A stretch of 45,502 nt of DNA, the filler included, from Sporopachydermia quercuum (Eukaryota): NCBI GenBank assembly GCA_001599295.1. It is 7 parts of 6 records of this genome, joined end to end, with 100 filler letters (N's around TTAATTAATTAA, not from the genome) between each part and the next. Parts side by side here need not be neighbours in the genome. Positions count along the whole stretch, not along the records: positions 2,644 to 18,269 come from BCGN01000006.1; positions 18,370 to 29,541 come from BCGN01000007.1; 5 more parts are not named here. One strand, 5' to 3'. Below, in pieces: positions 10,803 through 21,219 of the stretch. Position numbers and translations under genes: made by a program. The number at the start of each line of letters is the position of its first letter. The stretch's first letter is position 1. The notes below the pieces were generated by a model. That model worked only from the letters and a program-made list of their open reading frames with translations. It had not been told where the DNA came from and ran no database searches.

Positions 10803-12035
10803 TCAAAACTTGGCGCTAGCTAAGATTGAATCAATATCAGCTTTTATATTATAACCGCAAACTTCTTCGACCGTAAGTTTATTTGGAACATCGGAAGAGG
10901 AGCTCCAACCAATTCTTTCATCTAAGTTTTCTCTTGCTCTGAAACTGGCCTGTTGGATTTTAGTTGCTCGTGGTTTTCTGACTCTTTCATATAATTTCAA
11001 ACCTTCTTCGGGAGAAAAGCTGAATTTGGGAGAGAAGATGTAAGCCAATGCAGCGGCATCCTCAAAAGCTTGACATGCACCTTGAGATTGATCAGGAAGC
11101 ATTGGATGAGCGGCATCACCAAGTAGACCAACTTTTCCTTTAACCCAGTAAGGATATTCTTTATGAACATACAATCTCCATTGCTTGATATCGAAAGAGT
11201 GTTTGAAGATTTTCATGATTTCTTCATCCAGCTCAGGGAAAGTTTCGCATAACTGCTCAGGGGTAGCTTCATTACCCCAACCATCCTCACGGTAATTGTT
11301 ATAAGTAGCAGGGTAAAAGCAATAGCAACTGATAATGTCGCCGTTGCTACAAGGTGATAAAACAATCTTGTTGATACCTTTACCACCCCAAAATTCAATA
11401 GATTCATTAGCAGCAAAATCCTGAATACCCAATTTTTTGGCTTCATCGGATTTAATGAGACATCTGTAACAGCATGATGAACTCCTGTCGTAAGTAGGAA
11501 CAACTCCGATGGAAGATCTAACAACAGATCTGATACCATCTGCTGAAATAATAATGTCAGCCTTGAACGTTTCTCCGTTATCAAAGATAAGTGTACCATT
11601 TTCGGGAACAACATCCATAACTTTATGATCAACAACAAGTTTGCATGGTTCACCTTTTAAATGCTTACCAGTAGCTTCATCTAACAGAGCATTATGAGCA
11701 TCAATTCTATGAAAATTGAAGTACGGCATGCCAAATTTCTTTTCGTAATCCCCAATGGGATAAACTCCTTCGACTTCTCCTGTCTTCCAGTCGTGTCTTA
11801 TGAGGGTTTTAAGAATGACTGGTTTGAATTTTTTTAAGTCTACACCCCATTCCTTCAAAGGAATTCCACCATTCGGCGCACAGCTAAGAGATGCACCAAC
11901 CTCACCAGCAAAATGGTATCGTTCAAAGATGGTGATTTTATGGCCTTGAACTCTAAGAGCGATAGCAGCTGCTAAACCACCAAGGCCAGCTCCAATAACA
12001 GCCACGTTGTAAGGTTTGAACTCNTCACAAGTCAT
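10803..12035 (-). CDS. FAD-dependent aromatic monooxygenase (salicylate hydroxylase-like, group A)
   Basis: VAVIGAGLGGLAAA (GxGxxG), DIIISADGIRS (DG motif), LLGDAAHPMLPDQSQGACQAFEDAA (GD motif). Confidence 0.93.
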   Translation of the reverse strand: MTCXEFKPYNVAVIGAGLGGLAAAIALRVQGHKITIFERYHFAGEVGASLSCAPNGGIPLKEWGVDLKKFKPVILKTLIRHDWKTGEVEGVYPIGDYEKKFGMPYFNFHRIDAHNALLDEATGKHLKGEPCKLVVDHKVMDVVPENGTLIFDNGETFKADIIISADGIRSVVRSSIGVVPTYDRSSSCCYRCLIKSDEAKKLGIQDFAANESIEFWGGKGINKIVLSPCSNGDIISCYCFYPATYNNYREDGWGNEATPEQLCETFPELDEEIMKIFKHSFDIKQWRLYVHKEYPYWVKGKVGLLGDAAHPMLPDQSQGACQAFEDAAALAYIFSPKFSFSPEEGLKLYERVRKPRATKIQQASFRARENLDERIGWSSSSDVPNKLTVEEVCGYNIKADIDSILASAKF

Positions 12036-12292
12036 TTTTTCAAAAGATTGAACCGTTGTTGAATTGTAAACAATAGGTATTAATGCAACGATATATATTC
12101 TTGCTTAGAAAATCGCTTGTTATATTGAGACGGAGTGTTCAATTTGAACTAAAACTTCTGATTAGCGTCTAGTCGCTACCTTTAATACTGCAAGCTACGG
12201 AGAATTCGTAACACGACTTGAATTCGAAACAGAGAAAGACGAATATAATAAGAAAAACATGCAATAAAAATTCTAGAAAAGCAATCAAAACC

Positions 12293-12316
12293 CGGAGACG
12301 GAGACGGAGACGGAGA
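12293..12316 (+). promoter_or_regulatory. (CGGAGA)4 array, candidate Zn2Cys6 binding element in the divergent monooxygenase/MFS promoter
   Basis: Four CGG triplets at 6-bp spacing in AT-rich DNA; extra CGGAG copies near 12131, 12198 and 12911. Confidence 0.5.
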
Positions 12317-13657
12317 AATTTAGCAATATCTACATATATATAGATATATTATATCATAATAGAAAATTGTACCCACCTTCAGTAGAGGATGATAAGACAT
12401 TCAGTCATACACCGTTTAGAATACTGGTTTGAAACAAAAATAGCTCTTCGTATCAACCATAAGTACTAGTATAGTTAACAGCCATGTCATACATCCAATT
12501 TGGATAACNATATTTTATCAGTTCGAACGTTAAGACGGACAATTTTTCGAAGTTAATGAGTTTTTAGTCTGTTCCCTTTTTCTTTATAGCAAGATATAAA
12601 GTAGATAGTGGAGCCCATACCATGAAATTCGCTCAATTCTTATTTCCGAATCCTCAATTCCAGTATGATCTGCCAAGGATTTCCGCCACAAAAAATGATT
12701 TACGCAGGAGTTTCGTAAAGTTAAAAGCCACTATAGTTTTATTTATTTGTTTGTTCTGCTCATTGGTTGAATGCTGATTGTATGTTTTGGTTTGAGGAAC
12801 TGATGTTCCCAGTATGCATTATAAATCTTACTGTGAACATGACTGAGATAAGTACGATAAGAAATTACCAAATTAAGAATATCAGTTGTTAATCTGACCC
12901 CGAGATACGCCGGAGATTATTTAAGAGCATGAAGTTTCAGCATGAATTTTCCATTGGAAATCTGAAAATAATAGTTAACTGCCGTTATAACTTTATGAAA
13001 TAATGAGTTCATATCAGTTATATTTGAGCATACATCGCGCGTTCCTTTGTAGATAAGAACGCAAAAATTTTAGAGACACGTTTGATTGTATTATAAACCT
13101 ATATTGATCGAATTTTCCAATGCTGGAAAGACATAGTTGATAGTGAATCATTTCTCTGTTTTTGTCTCCTTTACGACGGGTAGTTTAGTTGCTTCCATGT
13201 TCTAGTTCTTTTACTCCTGTAATATATTCTCTTACTTTTTTTTCTTTCTTTCTTGATTATTGGTAATTGCTGGTACATTATATAGAGAGAAGGACATATT
13301 TCTGTTTGATTTGTTCCTTCGTATCTTTTAATCCTTCTTATCTTCACTTCGCTCCATTCTTATCTCCTTTTGTTGCGTTACTAATATCTCTTACAAGAGA
13401 GTTATTTCCTCAAGAACATATAAGTATATTGAGCACTAGAGAATTCTGCTTATATAACAAGTGGTTTGCCAATTAAAATAATAATAATCTCAGAATCATA
13501 ACTCATTCTTTCTCAGGAATTATTTCTCTGAATAGTAGTGATAATCATCAGGTCATTCATAAGAAGAATATTTGAATAGTCACTTGATTTAGTTCGGCTT
13601 CTTCTCTCTTGGGTGTTAACATAATCACAATCACATAGTAATCAGATCACTGTGAAC

Positions 13658-15166
13658 ATGGCTGAAGAAAAAGATCTCGCTGTTCAGGTAAACTCGCTTG
13701 AAGAGCACCTTGAGTCTGGGTCGAGCCTCATGGATATTTCTAAGGGAGAAATTGATTTTGATAGTCCTGAGATTCAGGCTATTGAAAAGAGAATCTGTAG
13801 AAAGCTGGACTTCAGATTACTTCCCATTTTTTCTTTGATGTACTTGGCAATGAGTATTGATAGATCGTCAGTTGGCAATGCAAAGATTGAAGGTCTAGGT
13901 ACAGACCTTGGACTTGAAGGGTATCAACTAAACTTCGCTTTGACAGCATTTTTTGTTGCCTATGGTTTGATCGAAGTTCCCTCTAACATGATCATTAAGA
14001 AATATAAGCCAAAATATGTATTATCAGCTGCTGTATTCCTATTTGGTCTTATTTCTATGTGCTCAGCCTTTGTTACAAATTTTGCAGGATTGCTTGTAAC
14101 AAGAATTTTCCTTGGATTCTTTGAAGGTCCTATGCAACCTGGAATTACTTTTGCCTTATCAATGTTTTATAGAAGAAAAGAACTTCAAGTCAGAGTCGGA
14201 TGGTTTATTGCCTCAGCTGCTCTTGCTGGTGCATTTGGTGGTCTTCTTGCAACTGGTTTAAGTCGCATCCCTCCTCATGGTGTTTTGAAAAGATGGTCAT
14301 ATATTTTCCTTTTGGAAGGTATAATGACCATGATTATTGCTGGTGCCGCATTCTATATCATTCCTGGTACTCCTGGTACTGCCTCATTCCTGACTGAAGA
14401 GGAGAGAAGAGTGGCTCATCTTCGAATTGAGGCCGAACTAAAGCATTCCCATATTAAAGATGAAAAAATCGATAAAGAACAATTGAAGCTTGGCTTTTGT
14501 TCTATCATTTCCTGGGGTTGTGGCCTTGTATTCTTACTTACCGGTCTTGTTGTTCAGTCCCTCTCTCTATTTATGCCTTCTTTATTAACTGGTATGGGAT
14601 ACTCCGGTACTAAAGCACAACTGATGACCGTCCCTCCATTTGCTGCTGGTTCAGTTTTTGTGGTAGCCTCATCTTATGCTGCTGATTATTTGAATGTGAG
14701 AGGACCTTTCAATGCCTTCTTTTTCCTTCTTTGTGTTATTGGTTATTCTATGTTATACACTCAAGATGTGGTAGGGATTAAGTATTTTGGACTCTTTTTC
14801 GTTTGTCTTGGTGGTTTCTCACTTGGACCTGGCACATTGACTTGGGCAGCGAATAATGCCGCTTCTCATACAACTAGAGCTGTGGCAACTGCAATAACTG
14901 CAATTATTGGTACTGTTGGTTCTATAATTGCCATGTGGATTTATCTTCCCAAATACGCTCCTGATTACAAACAAGGTAATAAGATTCTGCTTGGAACATC
15001 TACTGGTGGTATTGCGGTATGCCTATGTTTGTCTTTTTATCTCCATTGGGACAATCAGCAAAGAGCTGCAGGAAAGAGAGATTATCTTCTTGAAAAATAC
15101 GAAAATGATGATGATGCTCAAAAGCATTTGGCTCATCGTTATCCCAAATTTAAATATATCATATAG
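13658..15166 (+). CDS. MFS transporter, anion:cation symporter (Tna1/Dal5/Seo1) family
   Basis: RKLDFRLLP, DRSSVGNAKIEGL, EVPSN, RIFLGFFEG, GAFGGLLA, WSYIFLLEG, FLTEEER, AQLMTVPP. First ATG is 13658. Confidence 0.95.
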   Translation: MAEEKDLAVQVNSLEEHLESGSSLMDISKGEIDFDSPEIQAIEKRICRKLDFRLLPIFSLMYLAMSIDRSSVGNAKIEGLGTDLGLEGYQLNFALTAFFVAYGLIEVPSNMIIKKYKPKYVLSAAVFLFGLISMCSAFVTNFAGLLVTRIFLGFFEGPMQPGITFALSMFYRRKELQVRVGWFIASAALAGAFGGLLATGLSRIPPHGVLKRWSYIFLLEGIMTMIIAGAAFYIIPGTPGTASFLTEEERRVAHLRIEAELKHSHIKDEKIDKEQLKLGFCSIISWGCGLVFLLTGLVVQSLSLFMPSLLTGMGYSGTKAQLMTVPPFAAGSVFVVASSYAADYLNVRGPFNAFFFLLCVIGYSMLYTQDVVGIKYFGLFFVCLGGFSLGPGTLTWAANNAASHTTRAVATAITAIIGTVGSIIAMWIYLPKYAPDYKQGNKILLGTSTGGIAVCLCLSFYLHWDNQQRAAGKRDYLLEKYENDDDAQKHLAHRYPKFKYII

Positions 15167-16906
15167 TTAGCCAGGATTGACTTTTTGTGATAATGCTCGT
15201 TAGTATATTCCAATACTGAATAGGTATATGTAAGTGTTTATTATGTGTTTCTTATACTTTTTTTAACATTCAGCTAATATATTCAATAATTAATAGACCG
15301 CCATCTTGAGCCTGTAGTGTTTATTTGATAGTTTTAAACTGTAAGTATTTGGTTCCAGGTTGGATACTAAAGTATCTAATTATGAATCCAAATCCATGTA
15401 AATCAACATATNACGGAACACCTTAGAAATGATAATACAAAATTCTGATCTTACTTACAAATATGAAAAGATAATACTACAATATTCTAGCATTTATCAT
15501 AATGACTCATGTCATGCTTAATATATGAGAGACTAAGACGATAAAGATAACAGTAAGCGAACATAATAAAAACGGACCAACTTTCCGAGAAACTTATGGA
15601 ATGAATTTGATAAATCAAGTGTTAATTGAAACGTTCTTTTTTTTCCTTTTTTTGTTTGCAGTACTTATTATAATATCAAAAAACCAAGATCTACCAAATC
15701 TCCCCGATCTTCTACTATTCTAGTACCTGGTGTAATAGGTTCAAGTATTTAGATACTTTGAGTAAATGAGGATGTGATTGGGTTCACTGTTATTTTAGAT
15801 TCGAAACTGGATTGATTTCATCTAGATGTCTACATAATGTCTCCTAATCAGGAACTGTTGAGCTTTAGAGTTTAGAAAAGTCCAACTTTATTTCTACTTG
15901 ACAAGTTGACAGTTATGCATGAAATCTCAAAGCAAAACGTCGTGGTGTCCATTGGGTCGGTTTAGTATACCAATTACTCGAACCACCATTTCAGTTATTT
16001 CTTCAACTACCGGTGGTCGATTTCCTGATGATATATTAGGTCGCATTACTGTAGCGGAGGTTCAGCTACTTCTTTAACTCTTTTTCAAACTCCTATTTTA
16101 ACTCCTAGCTCAACTCCTTCTTCAACTCTTGTTCAATGAGTAAGTTCACTACTACTGATGGTGCTACTAGAGTTGATGCTGAAGTGCGTGCTAAGCTATT
16201 ATTTGGCTCAGTATTTGCATTAGTTGTGGTTTGGTAATCTCGATATGTATACTCCTCTCCTTTTCCACCTTTTCTGCCAATTTTTCGTCCCCAAAGTTGG
16301 TATTGATATATGTAAGCGGAAACCCGTTCATTTCTCATAAGCCGTTCCAAGTATAATCACTTCTCAAAGAGCGAAGGAAGGAAAGAAAACAATTCCTTAG
16401 ATTTGGGGTANACCTCAGCAAGGCTTATTACCTATTGTACAGTAGTAAGACCATCAGTCAACTTTCATTTCAGCATCAGAGAATGCTCAGTATTCCTCTG
16501 CCGCTTTACTTTTATTGTTTCAGTGAATAGTTAGTGTTTGTTTCACTACATTGAGATTCCTTGGCATTTTTCAATTCTAATTCTTCGCTTACTATTTAAG
16601 TTTCAATACATAAATCCCATTGAAGTTACGTTCTACGTAAAAAAAAGCTAAGACGCATTATATTGACATGTTCATACAATGTTTAAGGCTGTTCTGGTTA
16701 CAAGCTGAGCTTAAAGCTAATTGTTAATATAGACTAATTATAAAACAAAAAGTACTATTGTAGAGTTTACCATCTAAAAGCTTGTTTTTATTTTCAATCG
16801 GTTATTTTATATCAACAAAAACATAGGAAGTAAGATAGTTTGAGTGTTGGATGAGTGAAAAATGGTTCTTTGCGGAGATAGACGAGTCCAATTGTCAAGA
16901 TAAGGG

Positions 16907-17845
16907 TCATGAGAGAACGCGCAAATTGCCAAAGCCAGACCGAGGAACGACTGCAGCTGCTCGACGTATCTCTGCTGCTACTTGCTCAGCTTTTGACATC
17001 GTGTCCTTCGCCTGATTAATGCCAGTACCTGTTGTGAGATATCCGCCAAATGCTGATCCGTAGTTTATCGACGCTGTGGAAACTACGCGTGCATTCATTA
17101 AATGCAATGTTGCTTTGCCTTCTGCATTTTGGATTCGATTGAGCAGAACAGTTGTCGGCGCAGCTTTGATCATCTCATTCAATTCCTGTTGATATTTTTC
17201 TTCCAAACAATAATTATGAGACTTGTCTCCCCAAAGAAAAAAATATTGTAGAGGATCTATTAAAGATAAGTCACAAGCTTCAAGTAACATTCCAGACGAA
17301 AATTTAGCTTGCAATATCCCTTGAAGTAAATGATCAGGGGGTAAAGACCAGTAGAACGATCCATCAATCAGCATAAAAATCATAGTGTCATTGCAGCCAA
17401 AATGAACTTCAGATATTGAACCGACCAAACCCATTTCTGTCAATCGTTCTATTGCTTGCAAGTAATATCCTTGAATATCTTCATTCCAACGTAGATGATG
17501 AGTCCTTCGAACAAACCAGTTATTCCCGGATCCTAAGGAGACTGTCTCAATCATGTCATAAGGTTCATTTCTTTCTAATTCTTTCAATAGAGAAGTGACC
17601 AATGGTTCCGCGTAAAGATTATTATCTCCAGCTGGTCCTCCTCGGGCAGCAGCATTGTATGTCACAATCCAACCTTCAAGTCCTATAGATATTCCACGAA
17701 GATTAAAAATAGGGGAGTACGGTTTTTTATTCATTTCTACCGCTAAACTGGCTGGAATACCAATCCCTTTCTGCTCAACGCCGTTAGAAAAGAAAAAACC
17801 ATCACCTCCCTTAAAGTTTGCAAATGAAAACATAGAAAACCCCAT
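16907..17845 (-). CDS. Uncharacterised 312-aa protein with internal degenerate repeats
   Basis: Long ATG-initiated ORF; recurring units ISIGLEGWIV / VSLGSGNNWFV / VHFGCNDTMIF…DGSFYWSLP / LSLIDPLQYFF. Confidence 0.75.
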   Translation of the reverse strand: MGFSMFSFANFKGGDGFFFSNGVEQKGIGIPASLAVEMNKKPYSPIFNLRGISIGLEGWIVTYNAAARGGPAGDNNLYAEPLVTSLLKELERNEPYDMIETVSLGSGNNWFVRRTHHLRWNEDIQGYYLQAIERLTEMGLVGSISEVHFGCNDTMIFMLIDGSFYWSLPPDHLLQGILQAKFSSGMLLEACDLSLIDPLQYFFLWGDKSHNYCLEEKYQQELNEMIKAAPTTVLLNRIQNAEGKATLHLMNARVVSTASINYGSAFGGYLTTGTGINQAKDTMSKAEQVAAEIRRAAAVVPRSGFGNLRVLS

Positions 17846-18174
17846 TTTTCTAATTCGACATAAAGAACAGCTATAACCCTGCTACCTGTGTGTACTGCAC
17901 CATAACAAAATAGTTTAGAATTGGTCGTGATTGGGGACAATACTCAAATTCTCAACCTGGTGACCAATTTACTCATGCGGAGTAGTTGGAACTAAGCAGG
18001 GAGGTAGGATATATGAGGAAAATTTGTGAAACAAAATCAAATTAAGGAGTGATGATCGTGATGACATGTGTTGGAGAAAAATGGCAAAGGGAACAAGTAC
18101 AGTATCAATGTAATGGAATCCTCATAGAAGCTCACTTCTACCTTGCCTCTGTAACAACCACAATAAAATATAAT

Positions 18175-18269
18175 GGTAGTTGGGAGGTAGTTGGGAGGTA
18201 GTTGGGAGGTAGTTGGGAGGTAGTTGGGAGGTAGTTGGGAGGTAGTTGGGAGGTAGTTGGGAGGTAGTT
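18175..18269 (+). repeat. Telomeric repeat (GGGAGGTAGTT)n at right contig end
   Basis: Perfect 11-bp repeat, 95 bp, G-rich strand toward the end. Confidence 0.9.
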
Positions 18270-18369
18270 NNNNNNNNNNNNNNNNNNNNNNNNNNNNNNN
18301 NNNNNNNNNNNNNTTAATTAATTAANNNNNNNNNNNNNNNNNNNNNNNNNNNNNNNNNNNNNNNNNNNN

Positions 18370-18464
18370 TACCTCCCAACTACCTCCCAACTACCTCCCA
18401 ACTACCTCCCAACTACCTCCCAACTACCTCCCAACTACCTCCCAACTACCTCCCAACTACCTCC
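18370..18464 (-). repeat. Telomeric repeat at left contig end, C-rich (AACTACCTCCC)n on the + strand
   Basis: Reverse complement of the same 11-mer, 95 bp, starts the next contig. Confidence 0.9.
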
Positions 18465-18874
18465 GATGATTTAATTATTAATAGAAATAGAATTGAAATG
18501 AGGTTTTAGGAATATAACAAAAGAAAGCAAAGAAACAGTATATGAAGAAGAAATTCGATTAATCGACGAAAGAAGATTATAATCTATTTAAGGCATTTCA
18601 AATAACATTATGTTCACCACTTAAGAAACAAACTTCAAAGACAAGTCCCTGTACGAGAACAAATAACCATCACAATTCAATCTGCTGCATACAACCTGTT
18701 ATATTACTTGCGATCGTTGATTGCAAGTAATATGTCTTTAGTTGGCGTGACCGACCACAGCCTGTGAATTATCTACAGTGCTCTACACAAGGTAGAGCAG
18801 ACTACCAACTAACTAATTCAAATTTTCAAATTTCATTGGTTATCTTTTGCTCGGATTATACTCTATAATGCTTT

Positions 18875-19837
18875 CTAAGCAAAAATAGGAATCTTTCCAG
18901 GCCAGCTATATGGATCATTAAATCGGTAATTTAAGTTGAGTGAGGAGATCTTGTCAATGTTTTCTTGAGTTAGATCGAAGTTATTGCACTGCAGATTTTG
19001 CTTTAGTCTGTCTTCATTGTTTGACTTAGGAATAACAGCGACTTTTCTTTGAGTGGCCCATCTCAATAAAACTTGCGCAGGTGTTCTTTGAACTTCTTCG
19101 GCTATACTCTTAATCAAGTCATGACTCAATAAAGATTCAAGTTTCGATGCACCACCGTGATTTAATTCAATAAATGATTGAGGTCCGAATGTTGAATAAC
19201 CAGTAACACAAATGCCATTGTTTTGGCAGAATTCAATCAATTCAAGTTGGGTAAGATAAGGATGATGTTCAATTTGAAGAACAGCTGGTTTGACCTTGGC
19301 AAATCTGAGTAAATCAACTATCAAGGCACCGTTGAAGTTGGAAACACCAATATTCTTAGCTAAACCGTTTTTATGGATTTCCTCCATTGCAGCCCAAGTT
19401 TCAGCAATGGGGACATCTTCAAAAACCATCTTTCCACTTTTATCACCACTATAGAAGGTTGGTGGGTAACATTCTTCAAAAGGGACAAATTTTTGCGCAA
19501 TTGGGAAATGAATAAGATATAAATCCAAGTATTCTAATTTCCAATCGTTTAATGACCTTTGGAAAGCGGGGAGGACGTTTTCCTTTGCATGATAGTTGTT
19601 CCAGAGTTTACTGGTAATGAATAAATCTTCTCTCTTAACCAAACCATCTTTGATGGCCCTGTTCACACCTTCACCGCATTCTTTTTCATTACCATAATCA
19701 GCAGCACCATCAATTAATCTATAACCTGCCTTGATTGCATTGTAAATGGTGTCTGCGCAAGTTTCCTTGGTTACTTTCCAAACACCAAAACCAACTAATG
19801 GCATTTGAGCTCCTGTGTTGAGAGTTAATGTAGCCAT
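18875..19837 (-). CDS. XYL1: NAD(P)H-dependent D-xylose/aldose reductase (aldo-keto reductase, XYL1/GRE3 type)
   Basis: [58 protein letters not shown]…IPIF. Confidence 0.93.
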   Translation of the reverse strand: MATLTLNTGAQMPLVGFGVWKVTKETCADTIYNAIKAGYRLIDGAADYGNEKECGEGVNRAIKDGLVKREDLFITSKLWNNYHAKENVLPAFQRSLNDWKLEYLDLYLIHFPIAQKFVPFEECYPPTFYSGDKSGKMVFEDVPIAETWAAMEEIHKNGLAKNIGVSNFNGALIVDLLRFAKVKPAVLQIEHHPYLTQLELIEFCQNNGICVTGYSTFGPQSFIELNHGGASKLESLLSHDLIKSIAEEVQRTPAQVLLRWATQRKVAVIPKSNNEDRLKQNLQCNNFDLTQENIDKISSLNLNYRFNDPYSWPGKIPIFA

Positions 19838-20995
19838 TGTTATCTTATGTTAGTTATCTTGAGTGTAATATGAAAGCAGAACAATCAAAGTAAAAGACGC
19901 AAGAAAACTATATTCACAGAAATTTCAACAGCTATAGATTAATGAAAGAAGACAGCGATTCAGAAATCCTTTATATATAACATAATACCTGTGTGGAAAG
20001 TTTGGAAATCCTTCATGCATTTACTCTAACAAATGAGAAACAATGGAATATGCTGCGAAAGTTTGAAACTAAGTTAAAAGAGCTTAAGTAGCGAAGTAAG
20101 CTATTTAGAATTCTCTTGGGTACACATCTGGGATCCGGATCATAAATTTTAGATAATACTTATTATATGTTAAAAGATTGAAATGTACTAACTATCCTTA
20201 ATGTGTAGATATTATCTAGTTTATTTCCAATCAGTAAATTGAATCTCTTCAATCTACGTTCAAGTAGAACTTNTTTATCACCAGATATAAAAGAGACAAT
20301 TATCAAACCCTGACANNANGAANNATATTATAAATGACATACTTTCTAGTAGAACATTTATATTATTATTCTTAAAGCAATAGCAAGAATTATACTATGA
20401 TCTTATAACCAAACAATAAATAAAAACAATAGGCATTAATTGATTCTCGGTTTTACCTTAATCAGAAGCTATATCTTAATCTGTACACTAATGTTTCATA
20501 AAATTTGTACGTAAAAGTATTAGAAACTGTTAGGGTATGAACTTTAGAGTTTAGTAACGCTTAAAAAAACAAGCAGTGGATAAACTATAGTACTAGCTAA
20601 TTTTTTATCTAATCGAACCCGCAAAAAAATAAAGTTTAGGATCCACCTTCCTTTGAACCACTATTAGATGAAAGGAACTGAGAAGGTCGCCTTTTCATAC
20701 TCAGGAGCAAGTAGGAAAATTGGGGAGTGGGTGGACAATAGTTCACATGAATTAGTAAATAAGCTATTTTAGTATACGTGCATTCATCATTAATAGGTTT
20801 CCGTTTTGTCGTAAAGGTATACGAATCTTAAAGCCTAAAAGCCATAAAGAATTTTGACATAAAAATCATGTTTTGAGATCTACTAAACGCTTTCAGGCAA
20901 TTTCTAATATAGAAAAATTTCGTACGTTGTAATGCTACATAATTCAGTCACAAAAAAAAAATTAATAAACATTAGGGATAAAAAATTTTTTGAAT

Positions 20996-21090
20996 TGAGA
21001 CGTTAATTGACTCGTTGATTCACTTCAGACTTCTATTTCATAATCAGAATTTGATTTGAAAAATCTACTCTTGAAAATACAATCAATGCC
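20996..21090. repeat. 95-bp P450 3'-end sequence duplicated across a scaffold gap
   Basis: Identical to 21191-21285 and 29447-29541; flanks the plain 100-N gap at 21091-21190. Confidence 0.9.
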
Positions 21091-21219
21091 NNNNNNNNNN
21101 NNNNNNNNNNNNNNNNNNNNNNNNNNNNNNNNNNNNNNNNNNNNNNNNNNNNNNNNNNNNNNNNNNNNNNNNNNNNNNNNNNNNNNNNNNTGAGACGTTA
21201 ATTGACTCGTTGATTCACT

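Noticed and set aside
18175..18464. Apparent end-to-end telomere fusion (G-rich tract, gap, C-rich tract)
   Set aside because: The tracts are separated by the artificial spacer and belong to different contigs.
20996..21090. A third P450 copy immediately downstream of the gene
   Set aside because: Exact 95-bp overlap across a scaffold gap; most simply the same locus written twice.
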